Assembly: GCA_049516875.1 (NCBI GenBank)
Contig: JBEKSS010000009.1
Location: 1 to 64,000, forward strand
DNA: 64,000 nt
Source of the DNA: Candidatus Bathyarchaeia archaeon
GTDB lineage: Archaea > Thermoproteota > Bathyarchaeia > Bathyarchaeales > Bathycorpusculaceae
Direction: 5' to 3'
Shown piece by piece: positions 9,851-19,766 of this stretch (positions are counted from its first letter, which is position 1; each line of letters begins with the position of its first letter). The position numbers and the translations under genes are program-made. Under the pieces are notes generated by a model. It saw nothing but the letters and a program-made list of their open reading frames with translations. It ran no database searches and had not been told where the DNA came from.

Positions 9851-11647
9851 CTAACTTGGGAATCGTATGAATTCGTTGTTCGAGTTGACTATTATCGTTA
9901 CTGTGTAGCCTATCTGCAGTTTTTCGATCCTGCTGACTGTCGTGAAATCCAAGGTTTGAGTATACACTGCATAGTCGGTTTGGTTGATTGTTAGAACGTA
10001 GATGGTGTTGCCGTTGTTGACGTATGAGAATCTGTCGTTCAGCGTTCCGGTTATCGTCTTCTCGTTCGAAGGCTGAACTGCTCCTGCTTCAAACCTGCGT
10101 TTGGCCTCTGCGACGAGGGCCGCGCCTTGGTATCCTTCGCCGGTCATGACGATTGTGTAGTGGTCTAGGTTTACGGCGTCGACGATTCCGAGGCCGGCCA
10201 GCTTGATGGTTTCTTGTGCTGATGTGGATTGGCCCTGTGCTGTGCGCCAGTATACTGGGACGAACCAGGCGTTTTCGCCGTTTATCGGGTATATCAAGGG
10301 CATTTCTGCTTCGTACGCGCCCGTGGTGGGCATTAGAATGTGGGATTCGATGACGTTCTGTGCCTGAAGGCCGCTTTTGATGTCTAGGCCTCTCGTGTCG
10401 TAGTACTCTATTCCGCTGTCGGTTGTTTTGAACATTCCCGCCATCGTCTGTGCTTCGCCGACGAAGTCGACGGGGACGAGCGCGGTTATCCTGTTTGTGT
10501 CTGGGTCAACGATCCATCGGACGTCGTCGGAGATTTCCACCCTGTTGGTTGATGCGGGTATCCAGGCGAAGCCGCGTGCGAAGATGTCGAAGCCGTTTCC
10601 TCTTCTGGTGCCGCCCCACGCGTTGATCATGCTTTTGAGCCAGCCTTCGTCGTAGCGCTGGGTGACCCAGTCGGGTATCTGGTTCATGTTGTAAAAGTTT
10701 TGGACTTGGCCGAGTTCGTTGTACACGTAGACTCCTTTGGGCTGTGCAACGAACGACCATTGCTGAACTTGGGTGGCGGTTAGCACGTATTTCCAGTCGC
10801 CGTTGTCGTCGGGTGTCAGGGTGGCTCTGCCGTAGGCGTCGGCGGTGCTTTGTCCCCAGTAGGCGTTTCCCTGTATGTTTCCGGTGTAGAGGCCTGGGAA
10901 GTACATGAGTCCTTCACCAACTTTGAAGGGTTTGTCGATTATTTCTACGTCGAGTTCCGGGTTGTTCGCGTCGACGATTACTAGTCCCTTTATGGTGTTG
11001 TCGCCCCACAGGTTCGGCGGGATCATCGTCACGACCCAGACGAGGCGCCCGTTGTATATAGTAATGTGTGCGGATCCGACCTGCACGCTTCCGAAGTGTG
11101 CGGCGCTTCTCAACGCTATGCTCTTCGCCAGTTCTTCGGTCGTCAAGCGTAGCATGCTGTCTGGAATTTCGTGCTGGAACAGGGGGGTTCCGGCGGGTTC
11201 GAACGTTAGCATCTGGTTGAAAGCGCTTGCGTTGTTGACTGTCGATACGGCTTGGGTTTGCCAAAGCATTAGGCCTGAAAAGACGATTATGGCCACCAAC
11301 GCAGAGGCGGCCAGCCACTTGTACGCTTCCTTTCCGTTCCCTCGGCCGAACATCGGCCCGATTCTTCTGTTCTCGTATTTCTCGTATCTTGGTCGTTTCT
11401 CGGACTCGTTTAATCTGTAGATGTTCATGTACGCGAACATCCACTCTGCCGCCGTGATGAACAGTTTGAAGAATATGAGCCAGAGAACCATGTACACGTC
11501 TATCGTGACGGCTGCAATGGCGATGAATCCGAACAGTGCGCCGAAGAGGCCGAGCAGCACGTATCGCCACACGTTTTTGATATAGTGCTCGCTCACAGGG
11601 AACACGAACACTATTATCCATGTCAGCCACCATAACAAAGGAAACAT
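9851..11647 (-). CDS. Membrane protein with several N-terminal TM helices and a large extracellular domain
   Basis: 598-aa ORF, GAGGT upstream, hydrophobic N-terminus. Confidence 0.85.
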   Translation of the reverse strand: MFPLLWWLTWIIVFVFPVSEHYIKNVWRYVLLGLFGALFGFIAIAAVTIDVYMVLWLIFFKLFITAAEWMFAYMNIYRLNESEKRPRYEKYENRRIGPMFGRGNGKEAYKWLAASALVAIIVFSGLMLWQTQAVSTVNNASAFNQMLTFEPAGTPLFQHEIPDSMLRLTTEELAKSIALRSAAHFGSVQVGSAHITIYNGRLVWVVTMIPPNLWGDNTIKGLVIVDANNPELDVEIIDKPFKVGEGLMYFPGLYTGNIQGNAYWGQSTADAYGRATLTPDDNGDWKYVLTATQVQQWSFVAQPKGVYVYNELGQVQNFYNMNQIPDWVTQRYDEGWLKSMINAWGGTRRGNGFDIFARGFAWIPASTNRVEISDDVRWIVDPDTNRITALVPVDFVGEAQTMAGMFKTTDSGIEYYDTRGLDIKSGLQAQNVIESHILMPTTGAYEAEMPLIYPINGENAWFVPVYWRTAQGQSTSAQETIKLAGLGIVDAVNLDHYTIVMTGEGYQGAALVAEAKRRFEAGAVQPSNEKTITGTLNDRFSYVNNGNTIYVLTINQTDYAVYTQTLDFTTVSRIEKLQIGYTVTIIVNSNNEFIRFPS

Positions 11648-11742
11648 TCTTTCTCTACCTCAATGTGATTCAAACACTTGTTTTCTACTTCATTTATGTT
11701 GTTGTCTGTCTTGGTCTTATGGTTTATGGAAGATCGCGCTCG

Positions 11743-12714
11743 TTAGGTTTTCAAGGTTTCAACGGCTTTTTCCGCCCATTTTGGATCCTTCCAAAGGGCT
11801 CTGCCCACGGCCACTAGGTCAACCTTGCCTTCTCGAACCAGCTTGTCGGCATACTCGGCCTCGGTGATTCCTCCCACGCCGATGATGGGAGTTCTAACGG
11901 CTTTCTTTATCTCGTAAGCTTGAGGAATGAAGTAGCCCTTGACACTTCGAAGCTGCTTAGGCTCGCTTCCGCACAGGCCGCCCGATACGTCAACAACGTC
12001 AACGCCATACTGCTCAAGCTTCACAGCAAAGGCGGCCGAGTCATCTACGTGCGTTCCGTTCGGGGCTAGGTCGTCCGCGCCCAGCCGGTAGAGCAGAAGC
12101 CTGCCCCTTACGCTCTCTCGGACCTTCTTGACGACCATGAGGGGGAAACGCATCCTGTTCTCCAGAGGACCACCGTACTCGTCCCCGCGCTTGTTAAGCA
12201 GAGGCGAGAAGAACTGGTTGAGCAGGAACCCGTGCGCTCCGTGAAGTTCGACGCCGTCAAAACCCGCTTTAGTCGCACGCTCGGCAGCCATGGCGAACTC
12301 TTCGACTAACGCTTCAATCTCGCTTCTTGTCAGCTCACGAGTTTTCCTTGTAGCAGAAGGACCAGCAGGCTCGGCGCCGATGATTTTCTTGTTCGCAATG
12401 CCTCCGGCATGCGTGATCTGCAAGACGACAGGAGTGCCGACCGCGTGGATGCGGCTCGCGAGCCTCTTCAACCCGTGGATCAACTCGTCATCATAGATGC
12501 CTAACTGTTTTGGGCTCAACTTTCCAGCCGCAGAAACGTAAGAGTGTTCAACAATCAGCAGGCCCAGAGCCGTCGAACGCCTCACATAGAAGCCGATCAG
12601 TCTGTCCGTGACGGCGCCTTTAACCGTGGCTCGACTCGTCTGCATGGGAGGCATGACTATGCGATTTTTGAGAGTCAGGTCCTTCACTTTCAAAGGATCA
12701 AGAAGTCCCGCCAA
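11743..12714 (-). CDS. NADH:flavin oxidoreductase (Old Yellow Enzyme family)
   Basis: LKNRIVMPPM, AGFDGVELHGAHGFLLNQFFSP, RGDEYGG..ENRMRF, DLVAVGRAL. Confidence 0.95.
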   Translation of the reverse strand: MAGLLDPLKVKDLTLKNRIVMPPMQTSRATVKGAVTDRLIGFYVRRSTALGLLIVEHSYVSAAGKLSPKQLGIYDDELIHGLKRLASRIHAVGTPVVLQITHAGGIANKKIIGAEPAGPSATRKTRELTRSEIEALVEEFAMAAERATKAGFDGVELHGAHGFLLNQFFSPLLNKRGDEYGGPLENRMRFPLMVVKKVRESVRGRLLLYRLGADDLAPNGTHVDDSAAFAVKLEQYGVDVVDVSGGLCGSEPKQLRSVKGYFIPQAYEIKKAVRTPIIGVGGITEAEYADKLVREGKVDLVAVGRALWKDPKWAEKAVETLKT

Positions 12715-12872
12715 CTCCTGTCACACCGGTAGGCTACAGACTAGTTCGGCGTCTATAAGAACAATACACGTGCGGGCAGTTTTGGCTTGTGTTGCATCGC
12801 TGCTTTTAGTCGCGCAAAGTTATTTGAACACTGAAAACGTAGTTGTGTGTTTGTGTTTCGGAGTTGATGTGG

Positions 12873-13411
12873 TTGAACGGTCGAAGGCAACTGGAAGAAC
12901 TTTTCTTCAAAAGCCGGTTCAAGGATTTCAGGTGGATTGACCCAGGAGCATCGTGGTTTCTCGGTGGGTTAGGATGAAGTGCATGTTCGGATGCGTGGAA
13001 TATGGGAAAGTCGCATGCTGTCCTCCGAACACGCCGGCGGTTGATGAGTGCAAGAGTTTTTTTGGCGAGTACAGTGAGGGTGTTGTGTTTCATTTTGAGA
13101 AGAGGGTTAAGAAGCCGGAGGATCTGCACGAGTGGGCGAGGGACGTCAACGAGAGGCTTCTCAGGTTGGAGCGGGAGGTGTTCTTGGCGGGTTATCCGAA
13201 GACGTTCCTGCTCTTCATGGATTCTTGCAGCCTGTGCAGGGACTGTGCGGCAGAAAGGGTCCTGTGCAGGAACAAGAGGTCCGCGCGTCCGCCCCCCGAG
13301 GCTATGGCGGTTGATATTTTCTCTACTGTGAAACAGCTTGGCTATCCTATCGAAGTTTTGCGGGACTATTCACAGACTATGAACAGGTACGCCTTCCTGC
13401 TAGTAGAATAG
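12873..13411 (+). CDS. DUF2284 metal-binding protein, frameshifted near 12941
   Basis: WVRMKCMFGC..YGK..CCPP and C..C..C motifs; the N-terminus RQLEELFFKSRFKDFRWIDP lies in another frame joined at GACCC/AGG. Confidence 0.8.
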
Positions 13412-13571
13412 TGGGCTGAGAAAAAAGAGACGTAGCGCGCGTGCCACTTCTGTTCTGCAGTCTGCGCTGTTTCTGTCGAGCTACCAGCCCGATGGGCTTA
13501 ATAGGCTCTCAGTTGAAATTGCTGTCAGGTGAAGATTCTTAGTGGAAAATTGAGCGTGAAGCAAGGGGGAG

Positions 13572-13754
13572 GTGAGTGTTATGAGTAAGGGTAAGATGAA
13601 GATGACGACGTGCCCAGAGTGCGGGTGGGCTGTCAAGTCGCCTTGGGGAGAAAATGACGTAGTGGACCACGTGATGCTACACGCGAAGAACCATCATCCT
13701 GAGCTGCTGAAGCACAGTAAGGAAGATTTTAAGAAGATGATAAAGGACGCATAG
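13572..13754 (+). CDS. DUF1059-like small metal-binding protein
   Basis: CPECGW...HVMLHAKNHH; GGAGGTG RBS. Confidence 0.75.
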   Translation: MSVMSKGKMKMTTCPECGWAVKSPWGENDVVDHVMLHAKNHHPELLKHSKEDFKKMIKDA

Positions 13755-14006
13755 TGCGCGTTAGCTACGCTCACGTTTGTTTGGCTGTTCGTGCGTGCTG
13801 AATAGGCGTAGAAGATAGGCCCCTTTTTTTCTTGAACTGGTTCAACCTTGGGTTTGACGAATTTATGTTGAGTAGATATCCACTAACCCGATTAGCTTGC
13901 ATCTAAAAGCAACGGGTTTTTTCTGTTGAGCCCGTGTGCAGTGTGCTTGGGAAAGTTATAATAACCTTGAGGTATAACTTGGGTTACAATCATATGTAAA
14001 CAGAAA

Positions 14007-14924
14007 GTGAAAAAAATGAAGACATCCGCTACAATGTGTATCATCCTATGCGCTGTTGTTTTGGTCGCTGCGTTAAGCATGCCCGTGGCAAGAGCTTCGA
14101 TCAACAATTACAACTGGATCTCCACGGCTGTTCGAAACACGTATGACAACTTTTACGGCTCAATAGTTACAGCGTACGAAGAAAACACTTCAGCGTTCTT
14201 GGTGGTAAGCGTCTCGAACGACTATTATGTTGGTCAACTGAACGTTTCTGCTGTGAAGGTGGGCTTCGATTGGGGCATAAACTACAGTTCAACTGAGTGC
14301 AACATCGATAACCCGTTTGGCATCGCCAGTCCTCAGTCACACGTCTTCACTATAAACTTCAAGGTTCCGTCTGCGTTGTTCGCGTCGAACCTAGTGACAC
14401 ACAGCTACACAATCTACGTGGAGAGCGTGAACAGTACGACCGGACCCAAAGGGATGGCAATCAGTTGGACTCTGAACGGCAGCGGTTTCGCCGTGTTTTC
14501 CACAGATCAAGCGGCCGCAAATCAATACAAAAAAGAAGTCGATGCGTACCCGACGAGCAATCTCAACGGCATCCCGTTTCTGACGGCGAACGCGAGGCAG
14601 CTGCTGCAACAGTCAAACGTTGCCAAAACGCTGGCAAGCGATAGTTATATGCGAGGAGATTTCAGCACGGCCGCTGCCGACTACAAGAGCTCGTTGGACT
14701 CTATACAGCAGGCTTGGTCGAATGAAACGGCTAAGTGGTCGACGTTTGAAGACGCTATTGCGAGCATACTGCAGGGAGGCGGCAACTTGCTCACGATGCA
14801 GGGATACGCTTGGCTCATCTTCGCAGTGGGCTTCCTAATCATGAGCATCGGAGTGCTTATCTACTTGGCAAGAAGAAGAACACCGCCGCTACCGCCAAAA
14901 CAACCTACAACAAACCCAACATAA
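14007..14924 (+). CDS. Secreted, C-terminally membrane-anchored protein
   Basis: Signal peptide, beta-rich domain, helical linker, C-terminal TM plus RRR and Pro-rich tail. Confidence 0.8.
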   Translation: MKKMKTSATMCIILCAVVLVAALSMPVARASINNYNWISTAVRNTYDNFYGSIVTAYEENTSAFLVVSVSNDYYVGQLNVSAVKVGFDWGINYSSTECNIDNPFGIASPQSHVFTINFKVPSALFASNLVTHSYTIYVESVNSTTGPKGMAISWTLNGSGFAVFSTDQAAANQYKKEVDAYPTSNLNGIPFLTANARQLLQQSNVAKTLASDSYMRGDFSTAAADYKSSLDSIQQAWSNETAKWSTFEDAIASILQGGGNLLTMQGYAWLIFAVGFLIMSIGVLIYLARRRTPPLPPKQPTTNPT

Positions 14925-15011
14925 ACTCCATTTTTTCTTCTTTCGGAAAAGCGTGTGCTGACTTATATACATGTAATATGCCACAAATGCCCCCACAGAG
15001 ACTGAGGGTGG

Positions 15012-16229
15012 ATGGTTGCTTTGACGGGGAAGAGGGTGCTTTGTCTGAGTAGTTCGATGGGGTTGGGGCATGTTACGCGGGATGTTGCGGTGGTGCAGGA
15101 GCTGCGCAAGCGTGTTCCGGACGTTCAGGTTGTGTGGTTGACTGCTCCTCCGAACACTGTTTTTCTGCAGGAGGCTGGGGAGGTGTTGCATCCTGCGTCG
15201 GGCAGTATGTGGTCGCAGAGTGATGTGGCGGAGAGGCTTGCTCAGCCGGGTTTCAGGTATGACAGTCGAAGAGCGTACGAGCAGGTTCAGGCTTTGCAGA
15301 TGCGGAACGCTGAGGTTTTGGCGAAGGTGCTTGTTGAGGGTAGGCCGGACCTGGTTTTTGGGGATGAGGCTATGGAGGTGTTGTTTCTTCTGTTGAAGTA
15401 TCCGAGGTTGAAGCAGTGGCCTTTGGTGATGCTTACGGATGCGTTGCTTCCTGCGGCTGCTGATGTGGGGACGATTCGGCAGTATGTTGAGTCTCTGCAG
15501 ACTTTCAAGCGTGCGGGTGTTTTTGACCCTTATGCCATGCTGTACGTTGGGACGGAGGAGGATGTGCCGGACAGGTCGATGGGGGAGGGTTTGCCTGGGT
15601 TCAGAACGTTTTTCCATGAGCACTTCAGGGCTGTGGGCTACATACTTCCGTTTGACGGCGCGGCCCTTCGCAGGGAGGGGAAAGCTCGGTTGAAGTCTCG
15701 GTTGGGCTATTCGCCTGACGGGAAGCTTATCGTTGCATCAATCGGCGGAACGGGCATCGGACGGGAGCTGTTGGAGCGTGTGGACCATGCTGCTTCAGAG
15801 TTGACTGCGGTCACTGAGGGAAAACTGGAGATAGTGCTAGTGTCTGGACCTCGTCCTTCGCCTGAAAGTCTTCATGTGACTTCGAAGAATGTGGCTGTGC
15901 GGGGCTACGTGCCACGTCTGTACGAGCACTTCGCGGCGGCTGATTTTGCTGTGGTTGAGGGTGGGCTTACTTCTGCGGTGGAGTTGGCGGCAGTTGGAAC
16001 TCCGTTCGTGTACGTGCCGTTGTCGGGGCATGTTGAACAGGAGTTGGAGGTTGCGCCGAGACTGGAACGATTGGAAATCGGAAGACGGATGAGTTTCGAA
16101 GAGCTGACCCCACAGAACCTTGCAACAGCCTACCAGGACGCGCTCAAATCTCCCCACACAGCGCGAGGAGTCAATTTGCCAGTTAACGGAGTGGACGTAA
16201 CAGCTGAAGAGCTTCTGAAGTTCTTGTGA
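15012..16229 (+). CDS. GT-B glycosyltransferase (GT28/MurG-like C-terminal domain)
   Basis: GLGHVTRD, SIGGTGIG, GYVPRLYEHFAAADFAVVEGG, GHVEQ. Confidence 0.85.
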   Translation: MVALTGKRVLCLSSSMGLGHVTRDVAVVQELRKRVPDVQVVWLTAPPNTVFLQEAGEVLHPASGSMWSQSDVAERLAQPGFRYDSRRAYEQVQALQMRNAEVLAKVLVEGRPDLVFGDEAMEVLFLLLKYPRLKQWPLVMLTDALLPAAADVGTIRQYVESLQTFKRAGVFDPYAMLYVGTEEDVPDRSMGEGLPGFRTFFHEHFRAVGYILPFDGAALRREGKARLKSRLGYSPDGKLIVASIGGTGIGRELLERVDHAASELTAVTEGKLEIVLVSGPRPSPESLHVTSKNVAVRGYVPRLYEHFAAADFAVVEGGLTSAVELAAVGTPFVYVPLSGHVEQELEVAPRLERLEIGRRMSFEELTPQNLATAYQDALKSPHTARGVNLPVNGVDVTAEELLKFL

Positions 16230-16316
16230 AGGTGCGTGCCAAATGGGGTATGGTCCCTCCAGACTGACGCGCGCTACCTGTTTTAGGCAAGAATAGAGAA
16301 TGCTGGAGGAACAGAG

Positions 16317-16475
16317 CTTTGCTTCTTCGACGTTCGTGGCTACTCCGCAGGTCTATTCGTCACGTGCAAATCCGATCAGTTGGGTGTCCATGAGCGTGGT
16401 TTTGATGTTCCTGTGGCCCAGGAACCGCATCACGTGGAGCAGTTCTAGTCTTCGGGGTACTCCATTGTGACGGCC
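16317..16475 (-). pseudogene. Tyrosine recombinase/integrase C-terminal remnant
   Basis: Minus strand reads MEY..(stop/frameshift)..LHVMRFLGHRNIKTTLMDTQLIGFARDE*TCGVATNVEEAK; box II LGHxxIxxT with the catalytic Tyr position changed and internal stops. Confidence 0.8.
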
Positions 16476-16613
16476 AATCCGAGCCTTTCTACCTCTTGCA
16501 CGGAGTTAGATGTTCCTATTTTTGACATACAACCATCGTCACAATTTCATTTATATTATGTCCCGAGTTAACTGCTCTTGAGACACCTGGAGAAGGGAGA
16601 AAGGAGAAGGCGA

Positions 16614-16769
16614 ATGTCTACTAGAGAATTGTTCCTTAGCCTATATCGGAAAAAAAAGTTGCCAAGCAAAGACTTCCTAGAACTCTACGACCTTATATGG
16701 GAAGGCACAGCTCCCATCAAGTACCAGAATCCTGAAAATTGGCGCGCGCACAGAGGAGACGAAAAATGA
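16614..16769 (+). CDS. Small hypothetical protein
   Basis: GGAG upstream; stop overlaps the next start (ATGA). Confidence 0.5.
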   Translation: MSTRELFLSLYRKKKLPSKDFLELYDLIWEGTAPIKYQNPENWRAHRGDEK

Positions 16770-17071
16770 AAGGCCTTAGTTCAGAAGAACATCGCAGAAA
16801 GAAGCATCCTCAGAAGACGCTGGTCGAATTCGACAAGAAACTTGAAACACACTTCAAGGGCATCGAAGATGCTATGTTCGACCGCGAAACCAGGAATGCA
16901 ACACTTGGGAGCGAGGAGTTCCATCCTCCTGCAGGCACGATCTTTGAGGCAATATTCAAAGAATTGAAACGCAAAGAAGAACATGAAAGACGCAAACACT
17001 CACTTTCCAATATTATTTCACGACTCCGCGGTCGTCGAGATAAGCACCAAATCACGCTGCAAAGTGCGTGA
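16766..17071 (+). CDS. Hypothetical basic protein
   Basis: Translationally coupled to the preceding ORF. Confidence 0.5.
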   Translation: MKGLSSEEHRRKKHPQKTLVEFDKKLETHFKGIEDAMFDRETRNATLGSEEFHPPAGTIFEAIFKELKRKEEHERRKHSLSNIISRLRGRRDKHQITLQSA

Positions 17072-17499
17072 AGTTTCTCCTGTCGCTCACAAACTACATC
17101 GTGGAAAAGGGCAAGTTCAACATAACATGTTTGAAAGTTGGAATAGCGCGCTACTTGAGGCGCAGATTTCTCTGATCGCTGATGCTGATCGCGTTCGACG
17201 CAAGAGAAAAGAGAAACGAAATCTATTTGATGTGGTCGGTGAGCCTCCATTCTTTTTACTGAAAACTGGGCTGGTCAATAGTTATACTGTTCTATGATTT
17301 CGCAGAGCGCTTGGCTAGATGTTCGCTTATGTCTAGAGGGGCGCGCGCTGGATTTGTCTGTGGTGCGTGGGGTGAGGTTTATGCTGTCGTTTGAAACTGT
17401 CAACTCTTCTATGGAGCAATATGCTTTTCAGTTGAGACCGAGTTCCCAACAAATAGTGCAATGTTTGTAAGGTGATGTATCGCAAGACTTAATTCAATT

Positions 17500-18198
17500 A
17501 TGGGAAATTCTTCATTCATGGGTTCAAGGTTCTGGCGTAAGAAATGGTTCCTCGTTTTCGTAATACTCATCATAATCGTGTTCGTTTCTTCTCTCTTCTT
17601 GTTTACTTTGAAAATTAACTACGAGCATGAAAACGATGCTGTCATGCAGTATTTTGCAAAACAGCCTGGAATGCCAGACGCCTTCGCCACGTTAGAGCAA
17701 ATCACTCCAGGTGGCTCAGTCGTACTCTGTTGGTGGGACTATGGTCGAGCGGTTCAACAGTGGAGCCACAGAGAAGTAATAGAAGCTTATCCATCAAGAG
17801 ACATAGCATACAGTGTTGGCGCTACTAGCACTTTCTGGGGAAACCTTGAGGCTCAACTCTTCGGAACGTGGGGATCATCCGAAAAAATCCATGACTTGGC
17901 AAACATCTTCATGCTACCTGAAGATCAGGCTTTTCCAATTTTAGAGAAATACAACGCAACCTATGCCTTGGTCTTCACACCTGACGACCTGCAAAAATTT
18001 GTCTGGATCGCCAAAATAGCAGGATACAACGCCACCGAATACCTAACATACAACAAAGACACAGGCACGTACACACCTACCGCACTCGCTCAGCAAACTA
18101 CCTTGCTACGTCTCCTATTCGACAACACCTTCCCCCCTCAACACTTCACGAAACTATACGATAACGGCAGAGCCAAAATATACAAAATCAACTATTAG
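17500..18198 (+). CDS. Stand-alone AglB/STT3 C-terminal-like domain with a single N-terminal TM anchor
   Basis: VVLCWWDYG motif and DLQK (DxxK) motif; no multi-TM catalytic region. Confidence 0.75.
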   Translation: MGNSSFMGSRFWRKKWFLVFVILIIIVFVSSLFLFTLKINYEHENDAVMQYFAKQPGMPDAFATLEQITPGGSVVLCWWDYGRAVQQWSHREVIEAYPSRDIAYSVGATSTFWGNLEAQLFGTWGSSEKIHDLANIFMLPEDQAFPILEKYNATYALVFTPDDLQKFVWIAKIAGYNATEYLTYNKDTGTYTPTALAQQTTLLRLLFDNTFPPQHFTKLYDNGRAKIYKINY

Positions 18199-18432
18199 CA
18201 TCCAAACGTCGAACACCTTCTATTAGCCTACGCGCGCTTGCTAGAGCATGACATTGTCACTCTTGAGGTGACTATGCTCACGATAAGCTGGGTACTGCTG
18301 ATAGTTTCAGGCGCCTTGCTGAGCGTCGTCTTCAAGCGAGCGCGCGCGCTGTGGATGTTGTGCGTCAGCATATTGCCTTTCCACTTTGTTTCAAGAGGGA
18401 TCTCCTTGTCGACCATGGTGCGCGCTGCTTGC

Positions 18433-19359
18433 TTACGCTGGAGTTAGCCATTCCTTGTGTTTCTCCGCTTTTCCAGCGACTATGTCCGCGTAGTATCCTG
18501 CTATTCGCTTCGTCACGGACCCTGGATACTCTTTGCCCAGGGGCAAGTCATCTATGCTGGTTATTGGCGTGATTTCCCCACCGGTTCCGCATAATAATGC
18601 TTCATCAGAAGCATAAAGCTCAACGCGTGCAATATCCCTCACTTCAACTGGAATGCCGAGATCTTCTGGTGTTATCTTGAGAAGCGTCTCTCTCGTGATG
18701 CTCTCGAGAATTGACGCGGTCACCGGTGGGGTTATCACTTTTCCATTTCTCACCACCATAATGCAGGCACCTGTTCTTTCGCTGACAAAACCCCTGTTAT
18801 CCAGAAATATTGCGCCGTCATAACCCATCCTTGTGGCTTCTCGCAGGGCTAAGGCAGAATTGCCGTAATTCGCCCAGGTCTTCGCCTGCGCAGGAAGTGC
18901 GTCGGAAGCGATGCGTCTCCAACTGCTAATCATGAACCTGCGGTTCTTAGAAAACTGTAGATTATCTTTGCCCAGCACCGTCTCGAATGTCCAGACGGGG
19001 ATGACAACGTGAACCTCTCCTGGTGCTCCAGCCTTTGGCCAAATTCTGGGTTGAATGTAAACGTTCGTTTTGAAACCGTTTGCCCTGATAGTCTTCCTTG
19101 TAGCCTCCAATAACTCCTCGTCAGTGTAAGGTATTTTCATCCCACAGACTGCCGCAGAGCGCCGCAGCCGATCAACGTGAGGCTTCCATTGAAAAACGTT
19201 CAAACTTCCACTGCCGTTGACATCATTTTCCACGTAAGCCTTTATTCCCTCGAAAATGCCAAGATGGATGGGCTCCATAGCAGAGACAAGCGCCCTTTCC
19301 GTCCCGATGACCTCACCGTTCATCCAACAGAAACCTGCACCATGAAACGCAACAGACAT
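18433..19359 (-). CDS. Class IV aminotransferase (branched-chain amino acid aminotransferase-like)
   Basis: GIFEGIKAY, H.DRL..SA, AK..ANY, GYDGAIFLD, SILESITR, CGTGGEITPI. Confidence 0.9.
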   Translation of the reverse strand: MSVAFHGAGFCWMNGEVIGTERALVSAMEPIHLGIFEGIKAYVENDVNGSGSLNVFQWKPHVDRLRRSAAVCGMKIPYTDEELLEATRKTIRANGFKTNVYIQPRIWPKAGAPGEVHVVIPVWTFETVLGKDNLQFSKNRRFMISSWRRIASDALPAQAKTWANYGNSALALREATRMGYDGAIFLDNRGFVSERTGACIMVVRNGKVITPPVTASILESITRETLLKITPEDLGIPVEVRDIARVELYASDEALLCGTGGEITPITSIDDLPLGKEYPGSVTKRIAGYYADIVAGKAEKHKEWLTPA

Positions 19360-19437
19360 AAGATAACAACCTCAAACAAAACCTAAGCTCGCCACCTTTT
19401 CTATTTATGAGTTTTGATGCAACAGACGCGTGCGCTA

Positions 19438-19570
19438 TTCAAAAACGAACAAGAATACGCTGCAAAGGTAGTTCATAACGTCAACGAAGCCTGCGCTCTC
19501 ATCGAAGATGGATGGAAGTACCATACGGGTGAATGCGCTGACGGCGGCAAATCTCCGCAAAACCCAAATA
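19438..19570 (+). pseudogene. Extreme C-terminal remnant of an archaeal tyrosine integrase
   Basis: FKNEQEYAAKVVHNVNEACALIEDGWKY...GK..RKPK resembles the tail of the 16317-16475 remnant; lies ~60 bp before the att duplication. Confidence 0.6.
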
Positions 19571-19630
19571 TCATTTGGCTTCCGATCAGTAAACGTTGAT
19601 TTCAGGAACCCCAGTCATCTTTCAACGTAT

Positions 19631-19647
19631 TGGTGCGGGGGGTGGGA
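19631..19647 (-). repeat. att-like duplication of the tRNA-Leu 3' end
   Basis: TGGTGCGGGGGGTGGGA identical to 27834-27850. Confidence 0.85.
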
Positions 19648-19766
19648 CCCCCGCCCGACTTTACCGGTAAAAACACCATCACTATGGCGGGTCTGAGGTG
19701 ATTTGTATAGATTTCTATCCGAGTACAACGATACCTTGAGCTGGAACTTGATAAATCAGTATGTAA

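Noticed and set aside
10914-11633. Long alternative-frame and antisense ORFs (also 14889..15623, 47809..48432, 49538..50326)
   Set aside because: Shadows of well-supported genes; biased composition and no motifs.
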